Positions 36,624-45,997 are shown, counted from the stretch's first letter. The stretch is 64,000 nucleotides of DNA from Erysipelotrichales bacterium (GCA_022508565.1 JAFLUY010000008.1:9325-73324); one strand, 5' to 3'. The notes: generated by a model not told the origin, from the sequence alone. Numbers and translations: made by a program.

Positions 36624-36790
36624 TATGTAAAAATAGAAATCATTTTTTACAAAGATGTTAAAAACAGATATGTAAAAATAGAAATCTCTTTTTACAGAGA
36701 CGTTAAAAACGGATATGTAAAAAATATAAAAAAAATAATATTTAATTTTGAAATTTTTTTAAAGAATTCTATTTTGAATATGTAAAAAAC
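36624..36790. promoter_or_regulatory. divergent-promoter region with 3 tandem 44-45-bp units plus a 4th half-site, each containing ATATGTAAAAA
   Basis: Units start at about 36624, 36668 and 36713, with a further copy at 36778. The first two contain the inverted repeat TGTAAAAA-N10/11-TTTTTACA. Confidence 0.6.
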
Positions 36791-36808
36791 AACAAAAATC
36801 ATTTAGTT

Positions 36809-37687
36809 ATGAAAACATCAGAAATTATCAACGATATTAACCGAGTTTATGAATCATATGATAACTCAGTTAAGAAAGAAGTCGCTTTAAAATACGATAT
36901 CGATTCAAAGAAGAAAGACGAGATAATCAATACTCTTTATAAGAAGGTTATTGAAATTCGTCGCCAAGAAAATCGCAAAGAATTTACTCAAGATGATATT
37001 AGAGCATTCAATAGAGTTTATTCATACGGAACATTCAAAAAAGCAACAGAAGCTTTTGAAGGAGAATCTATTGAATTTATGAATTTCATAAGAGCTTATT
37101 ACGAAAATCTTTGGAAAAAATACGGAAATAGTTATGCCGGAAAATCCTATTTTAGAACTATGGAAGTAATCGAAAAAGTTATTTACAATAAGAAAAACGA
37201 AGATTCGATAAAGAAATCTGAAGAAAATATCGATGGAATTTTCAATGTTTTGGTTATGCTTACTCAAGCTTATCGAAATTATCAAAATAAATCACTTCTC
37301 GAAACTGAAGAGAAAAACTTCAATATCATAAAAAAGGAAGATCCAAAAGAACTCAGAGAAAACAAAGATTTCAATAAGCTTAAATTTTATAACTTTGTCT
37401 CATCTCATTCAGATAAATTCGAGAATCTTCAGAAATATCTCGATTTTATCAACGAAGATTTTCAGAAAACTTTCGATCATAATTTGAAAGCGGTTTCTGA
37501 AAGATTAAATAAGCATGGATTAAAATCTGGAGAAAACATGACGATACAAGTAATTGGTGAAGATCCAAAATTTCTCGAACTTATTCTCAATACACATATC
37601 GGAACATTCAATTGCAGATCAATTATTGCAGCTCTTAATTCATATTATATGAGAGCCCATCATAGATTCATAATCACTAAAAGATAA
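36809..37687 (+). CDS. hypothetical protein
   Basis: 292-aa ORF. Confidence 0.65.
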   Translation: MKTSEIINDINRVYESYDNSVKKEVALKYDIDSKKKDEIINTLYKKVIEIRRQENRKEFTQDDIRAFNRVYSYGTFKKATEAFEGESIEFMNFIRAYYENLWKKYGNSYAGKSYFRTMEVIEKVIYNKKNEDSIKKSEENIDGIFNVLVMLTQAYRNYQNKSLLETEEKNFNIIKKEDPKELRENKDFNKLKFYNFVSSHSDKFENLQKYLDFINEDFQKTFDHNLKAVSERLNKHGLKSGENMTIQVIGEDPKFLELILNTHIGTFNCRSIIAALNSYYMRAHHRFIITKR

Positions 37688-37691
37688 ATAT

Positions 37692-38006
37692 ATGAAATTA
37701 GAAATTAAAAGCTACGGAAGAATGGGAGATGCAGTATTCAATATCGAATACAAAGCAGAAACCGTTGGAGAATTGATTGAAGAAATAGTCAATGATATTA
37801 AAGATACCCATGGAGAAGTTTTTGTTAAGCATTGGGATGATAAATTCTTTTATTGGACAAATCAGAAGCTAATTTCTTATGGGAGCCAAAGTTGGACCGA
37901 GACTAATTTCTTAACAGAAAATATTAAGAAAGAGAAAATCAAGAAAGTACAGATCTTACGAGGATCTATATATGATGATCAGAGAGATTTTGTGATTGAA
38001 ATTTAA
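37692..38006 (+). CDS. hypothetical protein
   Basis: 104-aa ORF. Confidence 0.55.
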   Translation: MKLEIKSYGRMGDAVFNIEYKAETVGELIEEIVNDIKDTHGEVFVKHWDDKFFYWTNQKLISYGSQSWTETNFLTENIKKEKIKKVQILRGSIYDDQRDFVIEI

Positions 38007-38313
38007 CTTAAAAAATATAAGTATGAAAATAAGCTTTAATGATTTTAAAGAAAAAATCAAGAATTGTAATCGAATTCAACTTCCTAATGAAGAGAATCGA
38101 AATACATTAAATTATTCATTGTCTCCATACTCTGATTTTAGAAAAGATTTTTATTATTTGTCGGCGAATGAATATGGGATTGTTCCTAAAGAAATTGTAA
38201 AGCATAATTGTGTATTCAAACAAGTTAGAATCACTGGTACTAATGAGACCAAAACTTTTTATCTTATAAATAGATGGATAGTTAAACCATATCTTTCAAA
38301 AAGATGTGTATGA
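37996..38313 (+). CDS. hypothetical protein
   Basis: 105-aa ORF with an 11-nt overlap with the upstream gene. Confidence 0.5.
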   Translation: MKFNLKNISMKISFNDFKEKIKNCNRIQLPNEENRNTLNYSLSPYSDFRKDFYYLSANEYGIVPKEIVKHNCVFKQVRITGTNETKTFYLINRWIVKPYLSKRCV

Positions 38314-38346
38314 TTTTCTAAATATAGTTTTTGATTGTTTTATTTT

Positions 38347-38376
38347 AGTCTTATGAATTTTTCATAGGACTTTTTC
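38347..38376 (+). terminator. rho-independent terminator
   Basis: Stem agtcttatgaa (38347-38357) / ttcataggact (38361-38371) with one G-U pair, then ttttc. Confidence 0.6.
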
Positions 38377-38421
38377 TATTTTAATATATAGAGAAAAATT
38401 TACATTCTTTACATTCATGTT

Positions 38422-38784
38422 ATGGAAAATTTAAAAAATAAAAATTGGTTTAAGAAAAATTGGAAATTAATCTTGATAATATTTTTAGCGATTTTTAGTT
38501 TATCTAAATGTACACAATCTTGTAATAGACAGTCGAAAATAAATAAACAAATTAAAGAAATTTCCCATTTAGATTCGGTAGTAAAAATACAAGAAAATAA
38601 TATACAATTATTAAGTAAAGATACCGCTGATTATTTAAATCAAATCAGGATGTATAAAGGGTTTGATAAGACACGTTCGTATACAGATTCTCTTAATGCA
38701 GAAAATCTTAAAAAACAACGCGAACAAACCCAAGCCATCATAAATCAAAATAATAGATTAATTAAAGAGTCTAAAAAGAAATAA
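38422..38784 (+). CDS. N-terminally membrane-anchored coiled-coil protein (i-spanin-like architecture)
   Basis: The TM segment LILIIFLAIFSLS is followed by about 85 aa of heptad-like, charged sequence. Confidence 0.55.
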   Translation: MENLKNKNWFKKNWKLILIIFLAIFSLSKCTQSCNRQSKINKQIKEISHLDSVVKIQENNIQLLSKDTADYLNQIRMYKGFDKTRSYTDSLNAENLKKQREQTQAIINQNNRLIKESKKK

Positions 38785-38804
38785 CTAAATAAATTATAAA
38801 TTAT

Positions 38805-39398
38805 ATGAATATGAAATTAGAAGATTTATACAAAACATTTTTAGATGCTTTTGAAAACATTGAAACAAGAGAAAGTGAAGAAGAAAGAGAAGAAATTGAT
38901 TTATCTACAAAAGAAGGTTTTGATAAGATCAATAAAATGATGGATGAGCTTGAAGATAATCCGATTGCTACAGCATTTTTATCGATGACAGATTTAGATT
39001 TAAATCATTTACGTGAAGCGGTCAAAAAGTATTATGAAAATACTAAAGACGTAAAATGTGAATGTAATGACTATTGCAAATGTGATGACTATTGCAAATG
39101 TGATGACTATTGCAAATGTGATGACTATTGCGATTGTAATAAATGTTGTGAATATGATGACTCTTGTCATTGTGAATTTGTTAATGATGAAGATGACGAG
39201 GAATCTATTGAATTTACAGATTGTCCCTTGAGATACATTCATCAAATTGATCAAAAGCACTATAATAATATTGATACTTTAGTCGATGAATTTATGGGTG
39301 AAATGGAAGTTGAGTATGAAGAAGAATTATCTGAATCTAATTATCATAAATTAGAAAACATCCTTAAGAATTTTGCTGCTTTTATACTTTTAAAATAA
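38805..39398 (+). CDS. acidic protein with a central Cys-rich (CxCDDY)n repeat
   Basis: CECNDYCKCDDYCKCDDYCKCDDYCDCNKCCEYDDSCHCEF sits within an acidic 197-aa ORF. Confidence 0.6.
   Translation: MNMKLEDLYKTFLDAFENIETRESEEEREEIDLSTKEGFDKINKMMDELEDNPIATAFLSMTDLDLNHLREAVKKYYENTKDVKCECNDYCKCDDYCKCDDYCKCDDYCDCNKCCEYDDSCHCEFVNDEDDEESIEFTDCPLRYIHQIDQKHYNNIDTLVDEFMGEMEVEYEEELSESNYHKLENILKNFAAFILLK
39057..39146 (+). repeat. 18-bp in-frame tandem repeat: three perfect copies flanked by two degenerate ones
   Basis: tgcaaatgtgatgactat at 39075-39092, 39093-39110 and 39111-39128. Degenerate copies at 39057-39074 and 39129-39146. Confidence 0.9.
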
Positions 39399-39420
39399 TT
39401 TTTATAAAATAAATTTTATT

Positions 39421-39753
39421 ATGTTAAATAAACAACTTTTAACTGATAAGATTCGAGAGAGTTTAGAGGAAATTTTATGTCCGACTTTTGAAACTGCTTT
39501 ATTAGAATTTATTCCTACTAAATCAAAAGATGGAGATGAAAAATGCGCTAAATTTAAAGAATGTTTAAAAGAAAATCTTTGTGGGCCATTAGCAACAGCA
39601 TTAGCTAGTGCTATAGACATGTACATTAAACAAATAAGTATACATGGCATAATTCTTACTCAAGGTAGCCCATTTACACAAACCGCAGTGATAAATAGCG
39701 GAAATATTCCTATGATAAATGGAATTATGCCGAATACTTTAGGGATAAGATAA
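39421..39753 (+). CDS. hypothetical protein
   Basis: 110-aa ORF. The overlapping antisense ORF 39402..39650 is rejected. Confidence 0.5.
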   Translation: MLNKQLLTDKIRESLEEILCPTFETALLEFIPTKSKDGDEKCAKFKECLKENLCGPLATALASAIDMYIKQISIHGIILTQGSPFTQTAVINSGNIPMINGIMPNTLGIR

Positions 39754-39857
39754 ATGATTTTACAAAATACTTTGAAAAGTAATAAGATTTTTTACTATAT
39801 TATAATTACAATAAACAAATAAATAACAAATAAATTAACAAATTAAATTTTAACATT

Positions 39858-40916
39858 ATGATGGAAGATGTATTGGGATTTGATCCCTCACAATTGTCAG
39901 TTTTTAACGAAGAACAGCCCAAATCACAAGGCAATCCTTTGATTTATCGTACACGTCCGGCAGATTCTAAATCTGAAGATGGGGTATACAGATCTACTAT
40001 TAAAGTAATCCTTAATCCTCACAACCTTAAAGAGTCTGTTCTTGAACAAACTTCTTATGGACTCCAGGATGAAAATGGTTGGTTTACTATTGTGTCATCA
40101 TTGACAAATAACGATACCAATTGTCCTGTATTTAAAGCATGGAAAACTTGTCGTTATAGCAAAGATCCTAATTTGAATGCTCAGTCAACTACTAAGGATA
40201 AAGGAGGTCGCGGCCTTTTTGATAAGAGATTTGCACGCTATGTCACAGTACAGGTAATCGAAGATAATAATCAGCCGGATCTCGTTGGTAAATATATGTT
40301 CATGAAGCTTCCTAAAGCTATTTGGGAAATGATTACAAATAAGATGAATCCTTCTCCTGAATCTAAGAAAGCAGCTATTCCGGTTATGGATTTCTTGTTT
40401 GGTCGCGCGATTGAACTTGAAGTTAAACCCGGTCCCGATGATCCTAATGCTCCTGAACGTAAGACTCGCGAAACTTCATATGCAGGTTCTGAACTTAGTG
40501 AAGATATTGTTTCATGTATCAATCCTGATGGAACTGCTATTCTTGACGATTCACAGCAAGCAATTCTTGATGAGTATGTCAATCAAATGACTAAGCTTGT
40601 ATGGAAAGAAAAAGATCCTGAAAAACGTACCGCAAATCTTGCAACAATTAATGCTTCAGAAAATACTGTAAAGCTTCGCGAAATTTATAAGGAAGTTATG
40701 GAACAAATCAAGTCGGTATGTCCGAATCTTACAGAAGAACTTGGATATAAGCCTTGGACTCCTGAAGTGACTGAAAGAGTTAATCGTTGGATCGCTACAG
40801 TAGTAGCCGGAGGTGATCCTGCTTCTATGGGAGCTCCTGCAGTAGTTAAAGAAGTTGCTGAACAAGTAGTTGAAGAAGTAACAGATAGTTCAGAAGACGA
40901 AGAACTACCTTTCTAA
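39858..40916 (+). CDS. T4 gp32-like single-stranded DNA-binding protein
   Basis: Blocks are colinear with T4 gp32 (from memory): YVTVQVIEDNNQPDLVGKYMFMKLPKAIWEMI versus [33 protein letters not shown], and FLFGRAIELEVKPG versus PWEGANFVLKVK. The acidic C-terminal tail ends EDEELPF. Confidence 0.7.
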   Translation: MMEDVLGFDPSQLSVFNEEQPKSQGNPLIYRTRPADSKSEDGVYRSTIKVILNPHNLKESVLEQTSYGLQDENGWFTIVSSLTNNDTNCPVFKAWKTCRYSKDPNLNAQSTTKDKGGRGLFDKRFARYVTVQVIEDNNQPDLVGKYMFMKLPKAIWEMITNKMNPSPESKKAAIPVMDFLFGRAIELEVKPGPDDPNAPERKTRETSYAGSELSEDIVSCINPDGTAILDDSQQAILDEYVNQMTKLVWKEKDPEKRTANLATINASENTVKLREIYKEVMEQIKSVCPNLTEELGYKPWTPEVTERVNRWIATVVAGGDPASMGAPAVVKEVAEQVVEEVTDSSEDEELPF

Positions 40917-40943
40917 AAAATATAATAAATAACATTATATATG

Positions 40944-40980
40944 AAAGTGGCAATTTTTTATAATTGTCACTTTATTTTTT
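40944..40980 (+). terminator. rho-independent terminator
   Basis: 12-bp stem aaagtggcaatt (40944-40955) / aattgtcacttt (40962-40973) with one G-U pair, then atttttt. Confidence 0.7.
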
Positions 40981-41035
40981 ATGAAAATTTCTGAAAGAAA
41001 TACTATATTATGATTGAACTTAAAAAGATAAAATT

Positions 41036-41206
41036 ATGGCATTTCTTGGTCTTCTCTTAATTATTATTATAATTATTGGCTTTAAAACTTTTGCATCACT
41101 CTCAGTCGGTTTACTTGGTTGCATAATCAAAGGAATAGGTATTCTTGCTGGTATCGCGTTTTTCTTTTGGTTAATTGGATATTTGATTTTTAATGTAATT
41201 TTTTAA
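41036..41206 (+). CDS. possible 56-aa two-TM membrane protein, not in the ORF track
   Basis: MAFLGLLLIIIIIIGFKTFASLSVGLLGCIIKGIGILAGIAFFFWLIGYLIFNVIF*. Confidence 0.4.
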   Translation: MAFLGLLLIIIIIIGFKTFASLSVGLLGCIIKGIGILAGIAFFFWLIGYLIFNVIF

Positions 41207-41211
41207 TTTTT

Positions 41212-41595
41212 ATGATTGACAATTCTAAAGAATATTCATCTAACGATGAAATGGAATATTCATCTAGCGATGAAATAAATAATTCATCTAACGATGAACT
41301 TTCTTTTTTACGAAATAAAAAAGAATATATTTTGTGTGCTGCTTTAAGACGCAAAGAACCTAAAAAAGAAGTTTTAGGACTTCCAAATGATCTACCGTAT
41401 ATTGAAATCGGTCTTCGTCATTTCGATATTCGTGATAGATTTCCTGGAGAAGTTTCTATGAAGATAGATGATCAGGGGTTTCTAACTTCACATGGTAGAT
41501 TTGTCTCTAGGAAAGAAGCAGAAAAAATTGCAAAAGAATGTGGCCAAGTCACAGATATGATTGGAGGAATTTTAACATCTGAAGATTTATATTGA
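41212..41595 (+). CDS. hypothetical protein
   Basis: 127-aa ORF with a short N-terminal S[ND]DE-containing repeat (EYSSNDEMEYSSSDEINNSSNDE). Confidence 0.55.
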   Translation: MIDNSKEYSSNDEMEYSSSDEINNSSNDELSFLRNKKEYILCAALRRKEPKKEVLGLPNDLPYIEIGLRHFDIRDRFPGEVSMKIDDQGFLTSHGRFVSRKEAEKIAKECGQVTDMIGGILTSEDLY

Positions 41596-41662
41596 TTGTT
41601 AAAATCTATTTTTAATTAATTCGAAAAATCTTATTTTAATTAAGAAATATTTCTTAAATAAT

Positions 41663-42571
41663 ATGAAATCTTTAGTACAATTTATTGAACATAGTTCAAA
41701 TTCTTTATCTTTAAATGAATGTATTAAACGGTCGATGTCGATAAATGAAGGAGGACATTCTGTTAAAGACGCAGGTCCTATACCAGGGGATATCGCAGGA
41801 AAAGTAGGTAAAGATATTCTTAAAGATATTAAAAATAAATTTGCTTATGATGGTATACTATTAGGTTCGACTGGTAAAAAAGGTAAAGATCAAATGTCAG
41901 GAGATATTGATGTCGCTATTCAAGCTCCATGGGAAGATTATGAAAAAATAAAAAAATATGTAGAATCATTAGATAAGTTTACTGATTTTGGTAATATAAA
42001 TAAACAACTCCATGTCATAAATTTCGGATACGAATGGGAAACCGATAAAGTTGTACAAATAGATATAATGTTTGTTGAAGATTTAGATTTTGCTGATTTT
42101 GTATATCATTCTCCTGACTTTACAAAAAACGAATCAAAATATAAAGGTATGTATGCTTCAGCATTATTTATGGCAGTAGCTTCGTGTATACCAGTAAATA
42201 ATATAAATAAAGAAAAAGATGGTGAATGGGAAGAATATTTCTTTAGTCAAGCCGAAGGTTTAAAAATTGTAACAAAAACAAATATTGGTAAAAATACTAA
42301 ATTAAAAAATCCTAAAAAAGTATCTTCAAAAACAATTTCCAAAAATATTAATGATATTGTCAAAACAATTTTAGGAAATAAAGCAACTAAAGAAGATTGT
42401 TATTCATTTGAAAAACTTACTGAATATCTATCATCTAATAACTTTAAATATAAAGATAAATTACCTGATATACTCGAAAAATTTTCTAACGATTGGCAAA
42501 TTAAAATGAAGACATCTTCTGAACTTATGGAAGAACTTAAAAAATATTTAGAAGAAAAATTTAATCTATGA
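41663..42571 (+). CDS. Pol-beta-superfamily nucleotidyltransferase-like protein, paralog 1, with CTS-like N-terminus (MKSLVQFIEH)
   Basis: LGSTGKKGKDQMSGDIDVAI fits the G[SG]-x(9-13)-D-x-D minimal NTase motif. 302 aa. Confidence 0.55.
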   Translation: MKSLVQFIEHSSNSLSLNECIKRSMSINEGGHSVKDAGPIPGDIAGKVGKDILKDIKNKFAYDGILLGSTGKKGKDQMSGDIDVAIQAPWEDYEKIKKYVESLDKFTDFGNINKQLHVINFGYEWETDKVVQIDIMFVEDLDFADFVYHSPDFTKNESKYKGMYASALFMAVASCIPVNNINKEKDGEWEEYFFSQAEGLKIVTKTNIGKNTKLKNPKKVSSKTISKNINDIVKTILGNKATKEDCYSFEKLTEYLSSNNFKYKDKLPDILEKFSNDWQIKMKTSSELMEELKKYLEEKFNL

Positions 42572-43494
42572 GATCTCTAATAGAATTTTGTAAAGGTTCA
42601 TCTTTATCAATAAAAGAATATATAAATGAACAATTAAATATATATGAAGGAGGTAATGCAGTTACCGCTAATCCGATTCCTGCATTTATAACTCCATTAA
42701 TATATCAAGATATAGAAGAATCAATAAAAAAATATAATAATAAAATTAAAATTGTTCCTTTAGGTTCTATCGGTAAGAAAAAAGATGATGATTTTAATGG
42801 TGATTTAGATGTCGCTATAGATATAACAGATAGAGATCAACTTGTTTCGATGTTAGAAGAGATCTGGCCCGATAATGAAATAAATAAGTTTGTTACTCCA
42901 TCGATAGTTTCGATGTCATATCCTTATAATAAAGAAGGTAAGTCTGGTAATGCTCAAGTTGATTTTATGATGACTAAAAATATCGATTGGGCAAAATTTA
43001 GATATTCATCACCTGACCTTAAAAATGGAGAATCTAAATATAAAGCTGCTGCAAAAGTATTATTAATGAGATGTATAATTGCGGCTATACCTGTTAAAGA
43101 TGCTAAAGATGAATATTTTGAAGATGGAACAACAGTTAAAAAGAAATGGAAATATACATTCAATACCGAAGGAGTCTTTAAACAATTATTAGATTATACT
43201 GGTAAAAAGGGCCCATTAAAAAATCCAAAACGTCCTAAAGAATTCCAAGAATTAGTCACAAACGACCCAGAAAATGTTATGAAGTTTGCATTCGGAGATA
43301 AAGCCGATATTAAAGATTTCAATTCGGTAGAAGCATTATGGAAAGCGTTACATACAAAATGGCAATATAGTAAAGAAGCTTTAGGTAATGCCGAAAAATC
43401 TTTCTATGAAGATTATATATTTGATAAGAATCCTGAAGTAAAAATGGATCCTAAAGATTTTCCTTGTGAAATATATAAACCTGAAGAAATTTAA
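42568..43494 (+). CDS. Pol-beta-superfamily nucleotidyltransferase-like protein, paralog 2, with CTS-like N-terminus (MRSLIEFCKG)
   Basis: LGSIGKKKDDDFNGDLDVAID. It shares further blocks with paralog 1 (NEGG..V....IP, SPD..K.ESKYK, LKNPK). ATGA overlap with paralog 1. Confidence 0.55.
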   Translation: MRSLIEFCKGSSLSIKEYINEQLNIYEGGNAVTANPIPAFITPLIYQDIEESIKKYNNKIKIVPLGSIGKKKDDDFNGDLDVAIDITDRDQLVSMLEEIWPDNEINKFVTPSIVSMSYPYNKEGKSGNAQVDFMMTKNIDWAKFRYSSPDLKNGESKYKAAAKVLLMRCIIAAIPVKDAKDEYFEDGTTVKKKWKYTFNTEGVFKQLLDYTGKKGPLKNPKRPKEFQELVTNDPENVMKFAFGDKADIKDFNSVEALWKALHTKWQYSKEALGNAEKSFYEDYIFDKNPEVKMDPKDFPCEIYKPEEI

Positions 43495-43499
43495 AAATT

Positions 43500-45989
43500 A
43501 TGGAACATATTCAAGATATATATCAGAAAAAACCAGAATATATTAAAGACTTATTATTGCTTGATGATATTAAAATAAATCTTAAAGTAGATGGTAAACC
43601 GTTTCAAGTAGTATATAATGATACTACTGACGAAATTGAATTTCATGGGCGTTCTGGAAATGAAACAAAAGTGGGACCTCTTATAACTGATTATGATAGA
43701 TATTTTTCTAAAGCAATAAATGATGCAATAAAACATATCGAATCCAGAATTGATATTTTCAAAAAATATAAATTTCTAACTTTTGAAGTAATTGATAATA
43801 CTCTTCTATTAACGGCTGTAATTAAAAAGAATGGAGATTTTGTTAATTCGGCATCAGAAATCAAAAAGATATCCAACGAATTAGAAACTGATGTAATGCC
43901 TACTCTTTGGGAAGGTAAACTTAATCAAAAACAAAAATATTCATTATTGAATATAATAGAAGAAAATGTTCCAACTAAAAAAGATTTTATCGATTTTATA
44001 AAGAAATTATTCGATTCTTATGAAAATTTCCCTAAAAAACTTATATCAGCCTCTGATGAGTTTATTGAAGGAATCGTATTTTTCTTTAATGTAGACGGTA
44101 AAATCGTTGAATATAAATTAGTAGATCCTTCTTATCGACAATCGATGAAAGATAGAGATAACAACAATAAATTAGAAAGAGAAAAAAATGCAGATAAATA
44201 CGAAGAGATTTATAATATATTCTTAGATTATGTTGAAAATAATGCAGAAAAATTATCTGATAATAGAATTCATTCAATTGAATTAAATTACTTGAATATG
44301 ATGAAAGATTCTAAGATATATAATAAACTTATAAACCTTGGAGCTAATATTAAAATAAATAATAATGAACGATATACAGTTCAACTTGATCGAACTACTC
44401 CAGAATTAGCTAAAGCGATCAATAAGCACGGCAAAGTTTATACAACTCTTTATGAATTATTCTACAAATTGTTTAGTAAACCAAAGAAAAGAGGTTTTGT
44501 GATATCTAAAGAATTTCAAAATAAAGTAAATGATGCTACTGAATTGTTTGAAGGTTTTATACGTTATGAAAACGATTTAATATTTGAAAATAATGATGAA
44601 ATATTAAAACTTAAACAATTAATTAGATCACAAATAAAGAAAGTAAATTTAGATAAAAATTTAGAATTCGTATTATCTGCTACTAATTCACACAAATTAG
44701 AATTATTTAGATTTGATTTTGAAACATCTGATATCGATGAATTAAAAACTAAAATTAAAAAATATCTAAATTTAAATGACAAAAATGAATTCATTGTCGG
44801 TAATAAAAAATATATAGTAGATATTGAAAGTGGAGAATACGGAATTCATGGAGAAGCTTCAAAACAATATAATTCATTACCAATATATTTTAATGATATA
44901 GAATTTTTTATAACTAATAAACGAGGAAATAAATCAAATTATACTAGAGGAGCATTTGAACCTAATAAATTTGATATTTGTGATGATCATAAAAATTGGA
45001 ATTTAGATAAATTATATAATTATCTTATAAAATTCTTAGAAGGAGAAGAAGGAATAAAACGCTTCGGAGCTATTACAAATATATTAATAGCTTTAATTAA
45101 TAAAATATATAATTCTCCTATTATTAAAACTAATGACCAAAAATTTGTATTAGATTTTGAAATAGGGGAATATAATGATAGTACTTTAAATCAAATTTCT
45201 GCAGAATTTGGGGAAGTGCTTACGGCTATATATTATATGAAAAAATATCCAGGTTCTTTAGTTAGATTTCCTAAAGATGTAAATAATCCATTTTGTGATT
45301 TTTATTCAATCGAAGGTAAAAATGAATACCCAATATCTATAAAATCTGGAAGTACTATTGGGCATTCAATGGAGATATCGAATATATTAATGGGATATAG
45401 CATAGATGATCCAATAATAAAATCGGATAAAAATTTAACTGAATTTTATAAAGCCTCAATAAAATCTCCTAATAAATTATATAAACGTGAAGAAATATTA
45501 TGGAATGCGGCCAAAATATTTTTACCATTGGCGGTTGGCAAAAATGAAAAATATAAAGAAATTTGGGATTTTTTAACAAAAAATTTAGATGAATTAAATT
45601 TTAATGGAGTTATAAAATTATATAAAAAATATTTATCTAAAAATCCTCCTGAAGATTTGCCAATTTTTGTATATAATAAACCTGAAAAAAGTCCATTAAC
45701 TAATAAAGTAGACGATAAAAATTTATATTCTTATGTAATGCATGTTTTACAATTAGGAGTAATCGCTGTTTTAAATCAATTTAAAGATACACAAGATAAT
45801 TTTACAAAACTGGTTCAAAGATTATTTTTAGATGGTAAACAATCATACTGTAAAATAACAAAAAAATATATTAATATAACCACAAAAAGTTTAGACAAAT
45901 TAGATAAATCTGTTGAATTTACCGCGATTGGTTCAACATTTAATCAATATAAAGAACATGGTTTATTAATGTTTAAAATTAAAAAATAA
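43500..45989 (+). CDS. ATP-dependent (RNA/DNA) ligase-like N-terminal domain fused to a large C-terminal region with a possible PD-(D/E)xK-like nuclease motif
   Basis: Motif I NLKVDGKPF (KxDG). FLTFEV is motif III-like, EGIVFFF motif IV-like and EYKLVD motif V-like. The C-terminal region has CDFYSIEGKNEYPISIKSG (D...[ES]xK-like). 829 aa. Confidence 0.5.
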   Translation: MEHIQDIYQKKPEYIKDLLLLDDIKINLKVDGKPFQVVYNDTTDEIEFHGRSGNETKVGPLITDYDRYFSKAINDAIKHIESRIDIFKKYKFLTFEVIDNTLLLTAVIKKNGDFVNSASEIKKISNELETDVMPTLWEGKLNQKQKYSLLNIIEENVPTKKDFIDFIKKLFDSYENFPKKLISASDEFIEGIVFFFNVDGKIVEYKLVDPSYRQSMKDRDNNNKLEREKNADKYEEIYNIFLDYVENNAEKLSDNRIHSIELNYLNMMKDSKIYNKLINLGANIKINNNERYTVQLDRTTPELAKAINKHGKVYTTLYELFYKLFSKPKKRGFVISKEFQNKVNDATELFEGFIRYENDLIFENNDEILKLKQLIRSQIKKVNLDKNLEFVLSATNSHKLELFRFDFETSDIDELKTKIKKYLNLNDKNEFIVGNKKYIVDIESGEYGIHGEASKQYNSLPIYFNDIEFFITNKRGNKSNYTRGAFEPNKFDICDDHKNWNLDKLYNYLIKFLEGEEGIKRFGAITNILIALINKIYNSPIIKTNDQKFVLDFEIGEYNDSTLNQISAEFGEVLTAIYYMKKYPGSLVRFPKDVNNPFCDFYSIEGKNEYPISIKSGSTIGHSMEISNILMGYSIDDPIIKSDKNLTEFYKASIKSPNKLYKREEILWNAAKIFLPLAVGKNEKYKEIWDFLTKNLDELNFNGVIKLYKKYLSKNPPEDLPIFVYNKPEKSPLTNKVDDKNLYSYVMHVLQLGVIAVLNQFKDTQDNFTKLVQRLFLDGKQSYCKITKKYINITTKSLDKLDKSVEFTAIGSTFNQYKEHGLLMFKIKK

Positions 45990-45997
45990 TTAAAATT

